In this document: positions 16,761 to 26,975 of the stretch, in pieces
How positions within the stretch are numbered: position 1 is the stretch's first letter
Layout of the letters: each line of letters starts with the position of its first letter
Assembly (NCBI GenBank): GCA_018303945.1
Contig: JAGVXD010000001.1
Location: forward strand, 2,877 to 66,876
DNA: 64,000 nucleotides
Reading direction: 5' to 3'
Source: Candidatus Pacearchaeota archaeon
Lineage (GTDB): Archaea; Nanobdellota; Nanobdellia; Pacearchaeales; GW2011-AR1
Program-made: the position numbers and the translations under genes
Notes under the pieces: model-generated
Database searches by the model: none
The model's input: only the letters and a program-made list of their open reading frames with translations
What the model was told of the DNA's origin: nothing

Positions 16761-17059
16761 TATTTCTTGCCTCCGGATTTCTTTTCGCTCTCCCCTATAA
16801 TAACATCCGTAGTAATTGCCTGTCCTGGCAAACCCCTCTCAAATATAGCTCTTACCAGCCCCTTATTGCCGTGTGCCGCCCGTATTGTCCCAACTATCTC
16901 TTTTCCAGCCGGACTCTTCCATTTTACTTCTTTGCCGACTAGCTTCTCTGCATCTGCTCTGCTTGACATACCGGCGTCTATTAGAAAATGCCTTTCATGT
17001 ATTCTTTTTCTTCCCCTTCTAAATTGGACAATCATGCCATTCATTAAATTTTCTAGCAA
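16760..17059 (-). CDS. rpl35ae: 50S ribosomal protein L35Ae
   Basis: IRAAHGNKGLVRAIFERGLPGQAI matches the L35Ae core. Confidence 0.75.
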   Translation of the reverse strand: MLENLMNGMIVQFRRGRKRIHERHFLIDAGMSSRADAEKLVGKEVKWKSPAGKEIVGTIRAAHGNKGLVRAIFERGLPGQAITTDVIIGESEKKSGGKK

Positions 17060-17142
17060 TATGGCTTTTTAAAGGTTATTGCCTCATCTAATTATTTACT
17101 TCGGAGAGTAAAGATTAAATACAAGCCATTATACCTTAATTT

Positions 17143-17655
17143 ATGATTGAAACTGCATATAGAAGTCTTTTAGAGAATTCCGATTTGTACAAAAACTTCA
17201 CCGCAGAGCGTGAAGAAATCCTGAAGCATAAATGGATTGAATCTGAAAAAGTCGGACGTGACGTTGGTTATGAATGGGCTTTAACTGACTGGATTATAAG
17301 ACATCGGCACGGATGGAGAAAAAATATAAATTTCTCTCGCAATATGGTTCATTTAAAAGAAAGGGGAATAGATGTAAGGATTTACAAAGACAAAAGAGAA
17401 TTTTATGGGATAAAACCTGCGACAAATGAAGAATACAAATGTCCTCCTGAATTGATAGAAATTGTCGGGCATTTTACTATTGGAGATGATAATACTCTTA
17501 GACGTGCTGAAAAACCCAACTCTTCACCCATTATAGCGGGTGTTTTTTTAGATGAATACCTCTTCAAGAAAAAGGATTCGTATAAAATCCATTTGATTGG
17601 AGGTTATGAGATGGCTGTTGAAGGATCTAAAAAAGAATTGTGTATGATCCAATAA
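17143..17655 (+). CDS. Hypothetical protein (170 aa)
   Basis: ORF with no confidently recognised motif. Confidence 0.45.
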   Translation: MIETAYRSLLENSDLYKNFTAEREEILKHKWIESEKVGRDVGYEWALTDWIIRHRHGWRKNINFSRNMVHLKERGIDVRIYKDKREFYGIKPATNEEYKCPPELIEIVGHFTIGDDNTLRRAEKPNSSPIIAGVFLDEYLFKKKDSYKIHLIGGYEMAVEGSKKELCMIQ

Positions 17656-17726
17656 TTTACTGTTCAAAAAAAGATTTATTAACCGGTTTATTTTAACATG
17701 CCTGATGGAAAAAGGAGAAATCTAAA

Positions 17727-18500
17727 ATGGCTGTAATCTTTGGACCTGCAGGACTTGGCCCAGTCAAGACCTCTGCTAAAATCCTTTCTCAATATAATTC
17801 TCACGGACTTAAAGCTTGCGAGATAGCTTTTACTTATAATTGCTATATCAAACCGCCTGAAACGCCGTTAATAAGAGAAAAAGCAAAAGAGTTGGGAATT
17901 GATTTAAGCATACACGCACAATACTGGGTAAACTTAAACGCTAAAGAAGAAGAAAAAAGAGAAGCCACAAAAAAAAGAATCCTGCAATGCTGTGAGATTG
18001 GAGAGCTTTTGGAAGCAAAGGTTGTTGTTTTTCATCCTGGATATTACACTGATAATAAAGAAGATAGCTATCAGACAATTAAGAAAGGCGTAAAGGAGAT
18101 TATGGAAGAGATTAAAAAAAGAGGGTGGAAAATAAAAATAGCTCCTGAAACAATGGGTAAAATTAACGTCTTTGGAAGTATGGAAGAAATATCTCGCTTG
18201 GCAAAAGAGACAGGATGTTCCTTTTGCATTGATTTTGCGCATATTCTGGCAAGAGATAAAAAAATTGATTATAAAAAGATAGAAAATCTCTTTCCACAGG
18301 AAGAATGGCACGTTCATTTTTCAGGCATTGTTTATGGAGAAAAGGGAGAAAAACATCATATAACAACCACTAAAGAAGCATGGAAAGAATTGTTGAAAAA
18401 CATCCCCCTGAAAAAAAACATAAGGATTATTAATGAATCGCCCTCTATGATTGATGATAGCATAGAAGGATTGAATATCTGGAAGAAAATGCAATTCTAG
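17727..18500 (+). CDS. nfo: Endonuclease IV family AP endonuclease (xylose-isomerase-like TIM barrel)
   Basis: SIHAQYWVNLN, VVVFHPGYY, IAPETMGK, CIDFAHILA, VHFSGI blocks match the Nfo metal-binding pattern. Confidence 0.7.
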   Translation: MAVIFGPAGLGPVKTSAKILSQYNSHGLKACEIAFTYNCYIKPPETPLIREKAKELGIDLSIHAQYWVNLNAKEEEKREATKKRILQCCEIGELLEAKVVVFHPGYYTDNKEDSYQTIKKGVKEIMEEIKKRGWKIKIAPETMGKINVFGSMEEISRLAKETGCSFCIDFAHILARDKKIDYKKIENLFPQEEWHVHFSGIVYGEKGEKHHITTTKEAWKELLKNIPLKKNIRIINESPSMIDDSIEGLNIWKKMQF

Positions 18501-18509
18501 GTTCAATTA

Positions 18510-18917
18510 TCACCTAGAGGTTAATTTTTTGTTCGGCTCAACATATCTAATACTGCTCTCAATTTTTGTCAGTTGTTTAAAAACTTCTCGTGCCTGCTCA
18601 TTGCTGTATCCTATTACAGCCAGATAATCAGAAAGGCGAGTTTCTAAAAGAGACACCGTGTATTTCTTTCTTTTATCTTTAAGACTGGGCAGAGAAGCCC
18701 ATGTCTCAGGCAATTCAAGTTTAGAATGAACAAATGAATATGTCACGATAAAGTTTACTTCCCATATTGGAGATAAAACTCTTGCAATTTCTTTCAAACT
18801 ATGACTGCTATTTAAACGGGTTTGTTTAACAGGGTAAAGTGTCTGTTGAGCTTGATACTTAAGATCTCTATATTTCTCTTCTTCTGGAAGTATACCAATG
18901 GGGTTGTATGTTGTCAT
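18510..18917 (-). CDS. Hypothetical protein (135 aa)
   Basis: ORF only. Confidence 0.4.
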   Translation of the reverse strand: MTTYNPIGILPEEEKYRDLKYQAQQTLYPVKQTRLNSSHSLKEIARVLSPIWEVNFIVTYSFVHSKLELPETWASLPSLKDKRKKYTVSLLETRLSDYLAVIGYSNEQAREVFKQLTKIESSIRYVEPNKKLTSR

Positions 18918-18959
18918 GATATATTATATTTTTTATCCTTATAAGTTTAATCGTCAATC

Positions 18960-19211
18960 TCAAACTTCTTCATTCTTGGTTTTTTCTTCAATTACATTGA
19001 TTAATTTCTCTTTCCTTAAACTATTCTTTCTTTGCTTGTCCAGAATATAGAGCTGTCTCTTTGCCATTTCAGGATTCATCTTGCAAAGATTAAGTATATC
19101 AAGCAGTTTTGATATAATCTCCTCATATGTCTCTCTGGAGTATACCCTAAGACCCTCCAATCTCTTCTTGGTGCTCTTTTTTATCTTTATCGTCGTGGTG
19201 TCTGAATGCAT
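18960..19211 (-). CDS. Ribbon-helix-helix (CopG-like) small DNA-binding protein
   Basis: N-terminal beta-strand TTIKIKKSTKKRLEGL followed by two helices. Confidence 0.45.
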   Translation of the reverse strand: MHSDTTTIKIKKSTKKRLEGLRVYSRETYEEIISKLLDILNLCKMNPEMAKRQLYILDKQRKNSLRKEKLINVIEEKTKNEEV

Positions 19212-19334
19212 TATGGTATACTTGAATATACCTTTATAATCATTTCGTCACTATAAAATAACCTATTAAAGTTGTCACCATAAAGTTTATAAACAGGTTT
19301 AAAGTTTGATTATTAACTAAATTTATACCAAACC

Positions 19335-20594
19335 ATGAAATCCATAAACTACTTGGTTTCTATTGTTGCAGTGGTTGCACTGCTCATTGCACTCTTAGCG
19401 AGTGTAAGCGCAGCTGTAAACATCGAGAGCGTAGAAGTAAGCGGTATTGAAACTGAACCTGCGGGTTCTGTCAATGTTGCTGCATTCGCAGGACAAACAA
19501 TTCCTGTAAGAATACTCTTTGAAGCTACCGGAAACAATGAAAGCGACGTTGTAGTGAAAGCATGGATCTCTGGTGAAAGAGATTATAGGGTTACAACCAA
19601 GCGTTTTGCTGCCCTTGCAAGCGGCACTTACAGTGCCTTGCTTAATGTACAAGTGCCTAGCAATATAGACCCTGCTGAAAAATTAAGACTTCAAATCTTA
19701 ATTGAAAGCGAGTCAAGCGGAAGATTGGACTCCCGAGAAATCTCAATTGCGGCACAAAGAGAATCCTATCAGTTAGAGATTCTTGATGTGATATTTGACC
19801 CGAAAGTGCAAGCGGGTGAAACTTTGGCTGTAGATGTCATTTTATCAAATGACGGATACGAATTCGCCGATGATTCATTCGTTAAGATACGTGTTCCTGC
19901 CTTAGGCATTGAACGCAGAGCATACTTCGGCGACCTTTCACCAGTTGATCAGCCAGTGAGAGCAGAAAGCCCTGACCGGTTAGACAAAGAGGACACAACA
20001 GAACGCAGAATATATCTGCCAGTTCCTGCTAGTGCTCCTGCAGGCGTGTATGCCATAGAAATTGAAGCATACAACGAAGATGCGTCTATCTTGGTCAGCA
20101 AAAAACTTGCTGTCATGGCATCCAGCGATGCAAGCATTGTGGTTTCACCAAGCAAGAGCAAGACATTTAATGTCGGCTCACAGGGTACTTACTCTGTTAC
20201 CTTGGTTAATTCAGGCCAGAATGTGCGTGTATACGAGCTTGTAACTGAAGCCTCTGCAGATTTAAATGTAGAAGCAGAAGAAACAATCGTAGCAATTCCA
20301 GCAGGTACTAGCAAAACTGTAAAGGTTATGGCCAGCTCTTCAAAAGCGGGCGAATATCCTTTCAGCGTAAGCGTGTATTCTGACGGAAATCTTGTAAAGA
20401 AGGAAAGCTTCACAGCAAATGTAGAAGGTAGAACTAGAACTGGTGCAGGCACAGGTCGAACGACAACTCCTAATACGACTGTAGTTTTGACTGTTGTACT
20501 TGCTATCATATTTGTAGTTCTGCTTGTCGTACTAATCGTACTGCTAACAAGAAAACCTCAAAAAGCTGAAGAATTCGGCGAGAGTTACTACTAA
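19335..20594 (+). CDS. Secreted/surface protein with N-terminal signal peptide and C-terminal TM anchor
   Basis: MKSINYLVSIVAVVALLIALLASVSAA signal; C-terminal TTVVLTVVLAIIFVVLLVVLIVLLTRKPQ helix. Confidence 0.6.
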   Translation: MKSINYLVSIVAVVALLIALLASVSAAVNIESVEVSGIETEPAGSVNVAAFAGQTIPVRILFEATGNNESDVVVKAWISGERDYRVTTKRFAALASGTYSALLNVQVPSNIDPAEKLRLQILIESESSGRLDSREISIAAQRESYQLEILDVIFDPKVQAGETLAVDVILSNDGYEFADDSFVKIRVPALGIERRAYFGDLSPVDQPVRAESPDRLDKEDTTERRIYLPVPASAPAGVYAIEIEAYNEDASILVSKKLAVMASSDASIVVSPSKSKTFNVGSQGTYSVTLVNSGQNVRVYELVTEASADLNVEAEETIVAIPAGTSKTVKVMASSSKAGEYPFSVSVYSDGNLVKKESFTANVEGRTRTGAGTGRTTTPNTTVVLTVVLAIIFVVLLVVLIVLLTRKPQKAEEFGESYY

Positions 20595-20661
20595 GTTTAA
20601 ACTTTATTTTTCTTTTTTTATTAACTTAGAACTCTTAACATAGATATTTCTGATATAGCGT

Positions 20662-20693
20662 GGAACATAAATTATTTTGTTTATTTATGTTCC
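20662..20693. promoter_or_regulatory. Perfect 11-bp-stem hairpin (ggaacataaat / atttatgttcc, 10-nt loop); possible terminator or operator
   Basis: Read directly; located between the surface-protein gene and the SMC-like gene. Confidence 0.3.
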
Positions 20694-20784
20694 CCGAATA
20701 TACTAACAGACAAACTGCTCAATTGTTTGAGTCTGTTAGTATAGACTAGGAATTTTTAAATAGCTCTAAAGTCTGACATTTAGA

Positions 20785-23700
20785 ATGGTTTATATAAAAA
20801 AAATGGTGATGCATGGCTTTAAAAGCTTTGCAAAACGCACAGAGGTATTTTTTGATAAGGGGATTAACGTAATTTTAGGTCCTAATGGGAGTGGCAAGTC
20901 AAACATTTCAGATAGTCTCTGCTTCGTATTGGGAAGGCTTTCCATAAAATCTATGCGTGCAGCTAAAGCAAGAAATCTTCTGTTTATGGGTTCAAAATAT
21001 ATAAAACCGGCTAAAGAAGCAAGCGTTGAAATAACCTTTGATAATTCAGACCGTGCTTTTGCTATAGAAAAAAATGAAATCACTCTTAAAAGAGTAGTGC
21101 GTTCAAATGGACAGGGAATATATAAAATTAACGACGAAACAAAAACTCGCCTGGAAGTTATTGAAATGCTTGCCCAGGCAGGCATAGATCCTTACGGCTT
21201 TAATCTTATACTTCAAGGTCAGATTCAGTCAATAGTAAAAATGCATCCTGAAGACAGGCGCAAGATTATAGAAGAAGTAGCTGGAATCTCTATATATGAA
21301 TCGAGAAAAGAGAAATCTCTTAAAGAGCTTGAGAAAACAGAAGAGAAACTAAAGGAAATTGGGGCAATTTTAAGAGAGCGTACAGCATACTTGAGAAATC
21401 TTGACCGCGAACGCTCCCAGGCCCTGCGTTTTAAAGAATTAGAACAAATAATGAGGCGCTGTAAAGCATCTATAATTCAGAAAAAAACACATGAGAAAGA
21501 GAAAGAAATTGCAAATATAGATAAATCCATAAACGAAAAGGGAGAATACAAAGAGAAAAACAAAGAGGAAATAAATAAAATACAGCAAGAACTTGAAAAA
21601 TATTCTGAAAGAATTAATGAAATTACCAAAAAAATACAACAAGCCACTGGTTTAGAGCAGGAAACACTTCATACTAATATAGCAAACCTGAAAGCCGAGC
21701 TGGAAGGCCTGCGCGTCCGTCTTGAAAATTACGAGAATAAAAAAGCAGAAATAAGCCGAAGAATGACTGAAATGGAGCGTTCAATACCTAGTTTGGAAGA
21801 GGAAATAAGAGAACTTAAAGACGAATCCCCGCTTGTTGCCCAAAAATCTCAAGAACTTAAAAAGAAAAAAGAAGAAATGACAAAATTAGAAGAAGAAAGG
21901 AAGAGAGTACTTGCGCTTAAAACGGAGCTGCATTCTGTCAAAGAGCGTATTAAAGACAAGGAAAGACAGCTTTCTCGCGCCTCGCTCACATCGGAAAACC
22001 TACTCAAACAGCTGGAAGAATACACTATGGACTTAACATACGAGAACGATAAATCTTGTGCAGATTCTATCATCTCACTTAGACAAAGTACAATCTCTTA
22101 CAAAGTTCAGCTTTCTGAAATAGCGCAGAGAGAATTAGAGAAAGAAAAAGCAATATCCGTTGCACAGTCCGAAATACAAAAATCCGAGAAAGTTAAAAAA
22201 GATGTTGAAAGCATGGATGTCTGCCCGCTTTGCAAGAGCCAAATAACTAAAGAACACATAGACCATGTAAACTCTGATGCAACATCTAAAATTGAATTAG
22301 CTAAAAGCTCAATAAGCTCAGCCATGCAAAATCTATCTGAAATACGCGAAAAAATTAAGACAATTCAGATATCTTTGCAGAATACTGAAAAAAAGATATC
22401 AGTCGCAGAAATAGAGCTGGTAAAGCATAAATCTGCTGCAGAAAAGAAAGAGCAATTGAAGAAGATGGTTGAAGAAGAAAGAATGCTTAAAGATGAGATT
22501 CTTACTTTAGAAAACAAAAGAAAGCAGCTTGAAGAAAAGACGCTTGATGTATCAAAAATAGAGGAGAAATATGATCAGACGATACTTGAGATAGAAGAAA
22601 TATCTTCAAGAACAGCAGAAGATGTAGACACTACATTATTGTACAAAGAGAGGGACTTGGAGAATATAAGGAGTATAATAAAAAGAAGCACAAGAGACCA
22701 TGGAGAAGTATCACAACAAATTGAAGAACTCCAAGCTTCTATGAAAGAGAAAAAGCATCGTCTTCAAGAAAAAGAATCACAGGAGCAGGATCTGCAAACA
22801 AGATTCAAGAAGATGTTTGAAGAAAGAGAGAATATACAAAAGCAAATTCAGGAGAAAAACCTCAAACTATCTGAAGTGCAAAGTGGCCTTAGAGCAATAG
22901 AAGAACAAATAAATTACCTTAAGATAGGAAAGGCGAAAATAGACGCTGAACATGAAGCCCTGCAAATGGAATATACTGAATTCAGCGAAGTTGAAATTAT
23001 CCAGGGTAGCATATCTTTCCTGGAAGAAAAGCTACAGAAAACCCAGGAGACTCTTCAGCAAATTGGTTCAATAAATATGCGCGCTTTGGAAGTATATAAA
23101 GAAGTGAAAAAAGAATATGATATTGTGCAGGAAAAAGTAAACACTTTAGATAAAGAAAAACAAGACATTGTTGCAATTATATCTGAAATAGACAATAAAA
23201 AGAGAAGGTCATTCATGAAGACATATAGGGCAATGAATGCATTATTCTCTGAAAACTTCTCTAAGCTATACTCTAAAGGAACTGCTTTCCTTGAACTTGA
23301 AAATGAAGAAGACCTCTTTTCTGGAGGAGTCAACATAGTGGTAAAACTTGCAAAGAGCAAATATTTCGATGTAACTTCTCTCTCTGGAGGAGAGCAGACC
23401 TTAGTTGCGCTCTCCCTTCTTTTTGCCATACAGGAATACAAACCATATCACTTCTATGTTTTTGATGAGATTGACGCGGCATTGGACAAACGAAATTCAG
23501 AACGTCTTGCAGGACTCTTAAACCAGTATATGAAGTCTGGACAATACATAGTCATAACTCACAACGATGCAATAATATTGAACTCTCATTTATTATATGG
23601 TGTGAGCATGCACGATGGAGTTTCCAAGGTGCTAAGTCTTAACATAAAAGACTCCATACCTCAAGAATATCTCCAGCCTGAAAAAAAACCTGAACAAATG

Positions 23701-23889
23701 CCACAAGCTTATCTTCAAAAAGCTACAGAAGAATCTTTAAAGCGGGAAATTGCAGAGCATGCCAAAGAAGAGATAGCCTACAATGTGGCCCCTCTTGCTA
23801 ATGAAACGATTGAAGAATCTATACGGGAAGAGGAAGTGAAAGATAATATGTCGAGCAACAATGCCAATCAAGAAACAACAGGTGATTAA
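20785..23889 (+). CDS. SMC-type ABC ATPase with central CxxC zinc hook (Rad50-like hook, no hinge)
   Basis: N-terminal GFKSFAKRTEVFFDKGINVILGPNGSGKSNISDSLCFVLG, C-terminal LSGGEQTLVALSLLFAI...FYVFDEIDAALD, central CPLCKSQ within continuous coiled coil. Confidence 0.8.
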   Translation: MVYIKKMVMHGFKSFAKRTEVFFDKGINVILGPNGSGKSNISDSLCFVLGRLSIKSMRAAKARNLLFMGSKYIKPAKEASVEITFDNSDRAFAIEKNEITLKRVVRSNGQGIYKINDETKTRLEVIEMLAQAGIDPYGFNLILQGQIQSIVKMHPEDRRKIIEEVAGISIYESRKEKSLKELEKTEEKLKEIGAILRERTAYLRNLDRERSQALRFKELEQIMRRCKASIIQKKTHEKEKEIANIDKSINEKGEYKEKNKEEINKIQQELEKYSERINEITKKIQQATGLEQETLHTNIANLKAELEGLRVRLENYENKKAEISRRMTEMERSIPSLEEEIRELKDESPLVAQKSQELKKKKEEMTKLEEERKRVLALKTELHSVKERIKDKERQLSRASLTSENLLKQLEEYTMDLTYENDKSCADSIISLRQSTISYKVQLSEIAQRELEKEKAISVAQSEIQKSEKVKKDVESMDVCPLCKSQITKEHIDHVNSDATSKIELAKSSISSAMQNLSEIREKIKTIQISLQNTEKKISVAEIELVKHKSAAEKKEQLKKMVEEERMLKDEILTLENKRKQLEEKTLDVSKIEEKYDQTILEIEEISSRTAEDVDTTLLYKERDLENIRSIIKRSTRDHGEVSQQIEELQASMKEKKHRLQEKESQEQDLQTRFKKMFEERENIQKQIQEKNLKLSEVQSGLRAIEEQINYLKIGKAKIDAEHEALQMEYTEFSEVEIIQGSISFLEEKLQKTQETLQQIGSINMRALEVYKEVKKEYDIVQEKVNTLDKEKQDIVAIISEIDNKKRRSFMKTYRAMNALFSENFSKLYSKGTAFLELENEEDLFSGGVNIVVKLAKSKYFDVTSLSGGEQTLVALSLLFAIQEYKPYHFYVFDEIDAALDKRNSERLAGLLNQYMKSGQYIVITHNDAIILNSHLLYGVSMHDGVSKVLSLNIKDSIPQEYLQPEKKPEQMPQAYLQKATEESLKREIAEHAKEEIAYNVAPLANETIEESIREEEVKDNMSSNNANQETTGD

Positions 23890-24043
23890 ATTTTCACCCT
23901 AACGCCAAGCAGTACATCTAAAAATCTCTCTTAGATAAAAACTTAAACATTCATGAAATCATTTTTTAAAATTTATAATAGCCCCGTAGAGAAACATAAT
24001 AATCTTCGATATGTGGCAATTATGAATTATTAAATACTGCAAT

Positions 24044-24718
24044 TTAGCTAAATCCTTCCAATTTAGATTGGCCTGCTACCGGAAACAGAGCTTTCCATGT
24101 TGCCCAAGAAGTCCGTATTATCCCGGATTTTTCTAATTTTTTTCCTTGTTTCTTTAGGAACGCCTGTGTTGCGGGATCAGAAGGATAGCCGGAGCCTATA
24201 CTCCCATATTCAGCTTTAAGCTTGCTGATTGCCTCTTCTCTTTCTACTTTAGCCAGAATAGAGGCTGCTGAAACAACAGGATGATTGACATCTGCCTTAT
24301 GCTCGCATAATAATTCTATATCTTCTGTTTGTTTTAAATAGTTAAGAAGAGTTATTCTCCAAGCGGAAGTGTTCACCGAAGGGCAATCAACTATAATCCT
24401 GACTTTTTCTTTTATTCCAACTAGAAGCGAATTTATTATTTCAGCTGCCTTAATTGCTTCAAGAGTGTTTAAATTAACCCTTGAGTTTATAGAGTGATCT
24501 ATTTCTTTAGGCGTTGCAGAAGCTAATTTATACTTCAGGCAAACATCCTTAATCATTCCTGCAAGTCTTATACGTTTTGGATGAAGAAGCATCTTTGAAT
24601 CCGCCACCCCCTCGGCCTTTAATTCCTTTTCCTGTTCAGGTCGCAACAAAACGCCTGCAAGGAACATTGGACCGATTATTGGCCCTCTCCCTGCATCATC
24701 AATTCCCAATAATAACAT
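24044..24718 (-). CDS. rnhB: Ribonuclease HII
   Basis: LLLGIDDAGRGPIIGPM catalytic motif and RNase HII core. Confidence 0.85.
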   Translation of the reverse strand: MLLLGIDDAGRGPIIGPMFLAGVLLRPEQEKELKAEGVADSKMLLHPKRIRLAGMIKDVCLKYKLASATPKEIDHSINSRVNLNTLEAIKAAEIINSLLVGIKEKVRIIVDCPSVNTSAWRITLLNYLKQTEDIELLCEHKADVNHPVVSAASILAKVEREEAISKLKAEYGSIGSGYPSDPATQAFLKKQGKKLEKSGIIRTSWATWKALFPVAGQSKLEGFS

Positions 24719-24817
24719 TATATTGATAGAAAAACCGTGCTTATATTTCTTGCTCTGGTTACATTATTGTTCCAAATTGGTCTTATACCCCTCAGCTTGC
24801 CACGATAGAATTTTTTA

Positions 24818-25762
24818 TTATTTAGTGCATAACACCAGAGAATAAGAGCCGTCTGATGATTCGTATATTTTTACATTCTTGAAATACATATGCAAATAGC
24901 TCATGAACTCTTCTTTTTCGTATTGATATGCAAGAGCGACTATAATCTGGTCCCCCTTATAGAAATGAACTTCTTTTTCTTGGAACTTGAGAGTCTTGTT
25001 AGATAATAAAGTGTAATAAAACTCTATGCGTGAGTTAGAAAATCTAACATTATATTCGATAGTGTCGCGAGCCAGCCCTAATTGCAAGGGTATATATGAC
25101 AGAAAGATATCAAAGCCCTTGTTTTCCTTGCAGGACTTAACTATATCTTCTTCAACTTTATGGTTATCTAATCCATTGCCAATAAGAAGCAAATCTCCAT
25201 CGCGCATACCACTTCTTATTTCATGCAGAAGTTCGTGAATCTCAAAATTACCTAAGGTATTTCCCAGCAGAAGAAATAAATTTCTTTTATATTCGCTCTT
25301 GCGCAATAGAGGAGTTATATTCTCCAAATTCTCAAAGTCTGAAATATTCCACTGAAACTCCACAATCTCTGCAGCGTCTAGCTTCTTTATATTTTCAATA
25401 GCATTTTCAACCATGTAACCGCTTATATCAATGGGGCAATATCTAAATTTTATTCTTCCTTTCATATTCTCTATTAGAAGGGCTGCTTTTTTGCCGTTGC
25501 CGCAGCCAAGGTCTATTATGTTGACTGGTTTTTTGCCTAATTCTTTTATTATAGAATCCATATTTTCCTTGAGCAAGCTTAGCTCTTTAGGACCTATACC
25601 TTCCTTGTATTTTTGCGTTTCAACCAAGTCCAGATAAGCTTGAGCTTGTTCTGGCGTAAGATACCAAAGTTTAGAATCTGAAATGTCCCAGACTCTTGTG
25701 CGTCCTTGAAGAGAATATCCTCTTTTTAACAGTTCTTTAAGAATTAAATCGTTAACCTGCAT
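24818..25762 (-). CDS. EgtD-like (Methyltransf_33 family) SAM-dependent methyltransferase
   Basis: IIDLGCGNGKK, CPIDISGYM, LLLGNTLGNF, GDLLLIGNGLD match the EgtD-family signature blocks. Confidence 0.6.
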   Translation of the reverse strand: MQVNDLILKELLKRGYSLQGRTRVWDISDSKLWYLTPEQAQAYLDLVETQKYKEGIGPKELSLLKENMDSIIKELGKKPVNIIDLGCGNGKKAALLIENMKGRIKFRYCPIDISGYMVENAIENIKKLDAAEIVEFQWNISDFENLENITPLLRKSEYKRNLFLLLGNTLGNFEIHELLHEIRSGMRDGDLLLIGNGLDNHKVEEDIVKSCKENKGFDIFLSYIPLQLGLARDTIEYNVRFSNSRIEFYYTLLSNKTLKFQEKEVHFYKGDQIIVALAYQYEKEEFMSYLHMYFKNVKIYESSDGSYSLVLCTK

Positions 25763-25870
25763 AACAATTCAAGTTTGGACCCTTTTTATGTTTTTTCATT
25801 GAGCAATTTCACTACAAAGTTGGCATAACAACAGGAAGATTTAAAAGCATTTTTTTGTTTTCCTTTTCAT

Positions 25871-25943
25871 GCCCTGATAGTCTAGTGGTCAAGGACGAGG
25901 CCCTTTCGCGGCCTAAACCCGGGTTCAAATCCCGGTCGGGGCA
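25871..25943 (+). tRNA. tRNA-Glu (anticodon TTC)
   Basis: Full cloverleaf by hand: acceptor GCCCTGA/TCGGGGC, anticodon arm AGGCC-CTTTCGC-GGCCT, T-arm CCGGG-TTCAAAT-CCCGG. Confidence 0.85.
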
Positions 25944-26048
25944 TTATACCATTTTATCCGGGCATGATACATTACCAGATTTCAACCATATTCTAAAAGG
26001 TGACCACAAATTAGAAATATTTATAAACGTGGGCACCTTAGATATATC

Positions 26049-26975
26049 ATGTATATAGAAAAAAGAAAGGTTGGTAAGAGCATAAAGTATTATCTTGTTC
26101 ATTCATATAGAGAAAAAGATAAGGTAGAAAAAATAAGAAAATATCTAGGGATTAATCTTTCTGAATCTGAACTAGAAAAAAGAAAAGAAGAAACTACAAA
26201 AGTTATATCTGAGTTATTAGAAGATATAAACACAAAGATATTCTCTTTCACATTATCAAAAAAGCAAGTTGAACTATTAAATAATTATAATAATAAAATA
26301 AGAATATTACATCTAAGTGAAGCGGAATGGAAAAAATTTACCGAAGAGTTCGTCTATAACACAAATGCGATAGAAGGCTCAACAGTAACTCAAGAAGAAG
26401 TTCCAGAAATATTAAATAAAGAAATAGTCGAGAACTCAGAAGAAATTGAAACTCAAGGAGTTGCCAATGCAATAAACTATCTAAGAGACACAAAAGAAGA
26501 ATTATCTTTGAATTTATTATTAAAACTTCATGAGTTATGCTTTAAAGGATCAAAACCTTTTGCAGGCAAATTCAGAGAAGTTAACGTGGTAGTTAGAAAC
26601 TCTATTGGACAAGTCCTTCATGCAGGCGTTCCTAAAGAAGAATTAGAAGATTATCTTAAAGATTTTATTAATTGGTATAAAAATAACAAAAATAAGTTTA
26701 AACCTCTTGTCTTGGCTGCAATAATTCATAATCAGTTTGAACATATACATCCATTCCAAGATGGAAATGGAAGAGTTGGAAGATTGTTATTGAACTATAT
26801 CTTGCTCAAAAGGGGTTACCCCCCAATAAACATTAAACTTGAGGACAGGCAAGAATATTATAAAACCTTGCAAGAATATTCTAAAAATGATAATTTAAAA
26901 CCAACTTTGAAGTTTTTGATTAAACAATATAAGAAGACACTTAAAGAGGTGTCTACAAAAAGTAAAAATTACTAG
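26049..26975 (+). CDS. Fic/Doc (Fido) family protein
   Basis: Fic motif HPFQDGNGRVGRLL. Confidence 0.85.
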   Translation: MYIEKRKVGKSIKYYLVHSYREKDKVEKIRKYLGINLSESELEKRKEETTKVISELLEDINTKIFSFTLSKKQVELLNNYNNKIRILHLSEAEWKKFTEEFVYNTNAIEGSTVTQEEVPEILNKEIVENSEEIETQGVANAINYLRDTKEELSLNLLLKLHELCFKGSKPFAGKFREVNVVVRNSIGQVLHAGVPKEELEDYLKDFINWYKNNKNKFKPLVLAAIIHNQFEHIHPFQDGNGRVGRLLLNYILLKRGYPPINIKLEDRQEYYKTLQEYSKNDNLKPTLKFLIKQYKKTLKEVSTKSKNY

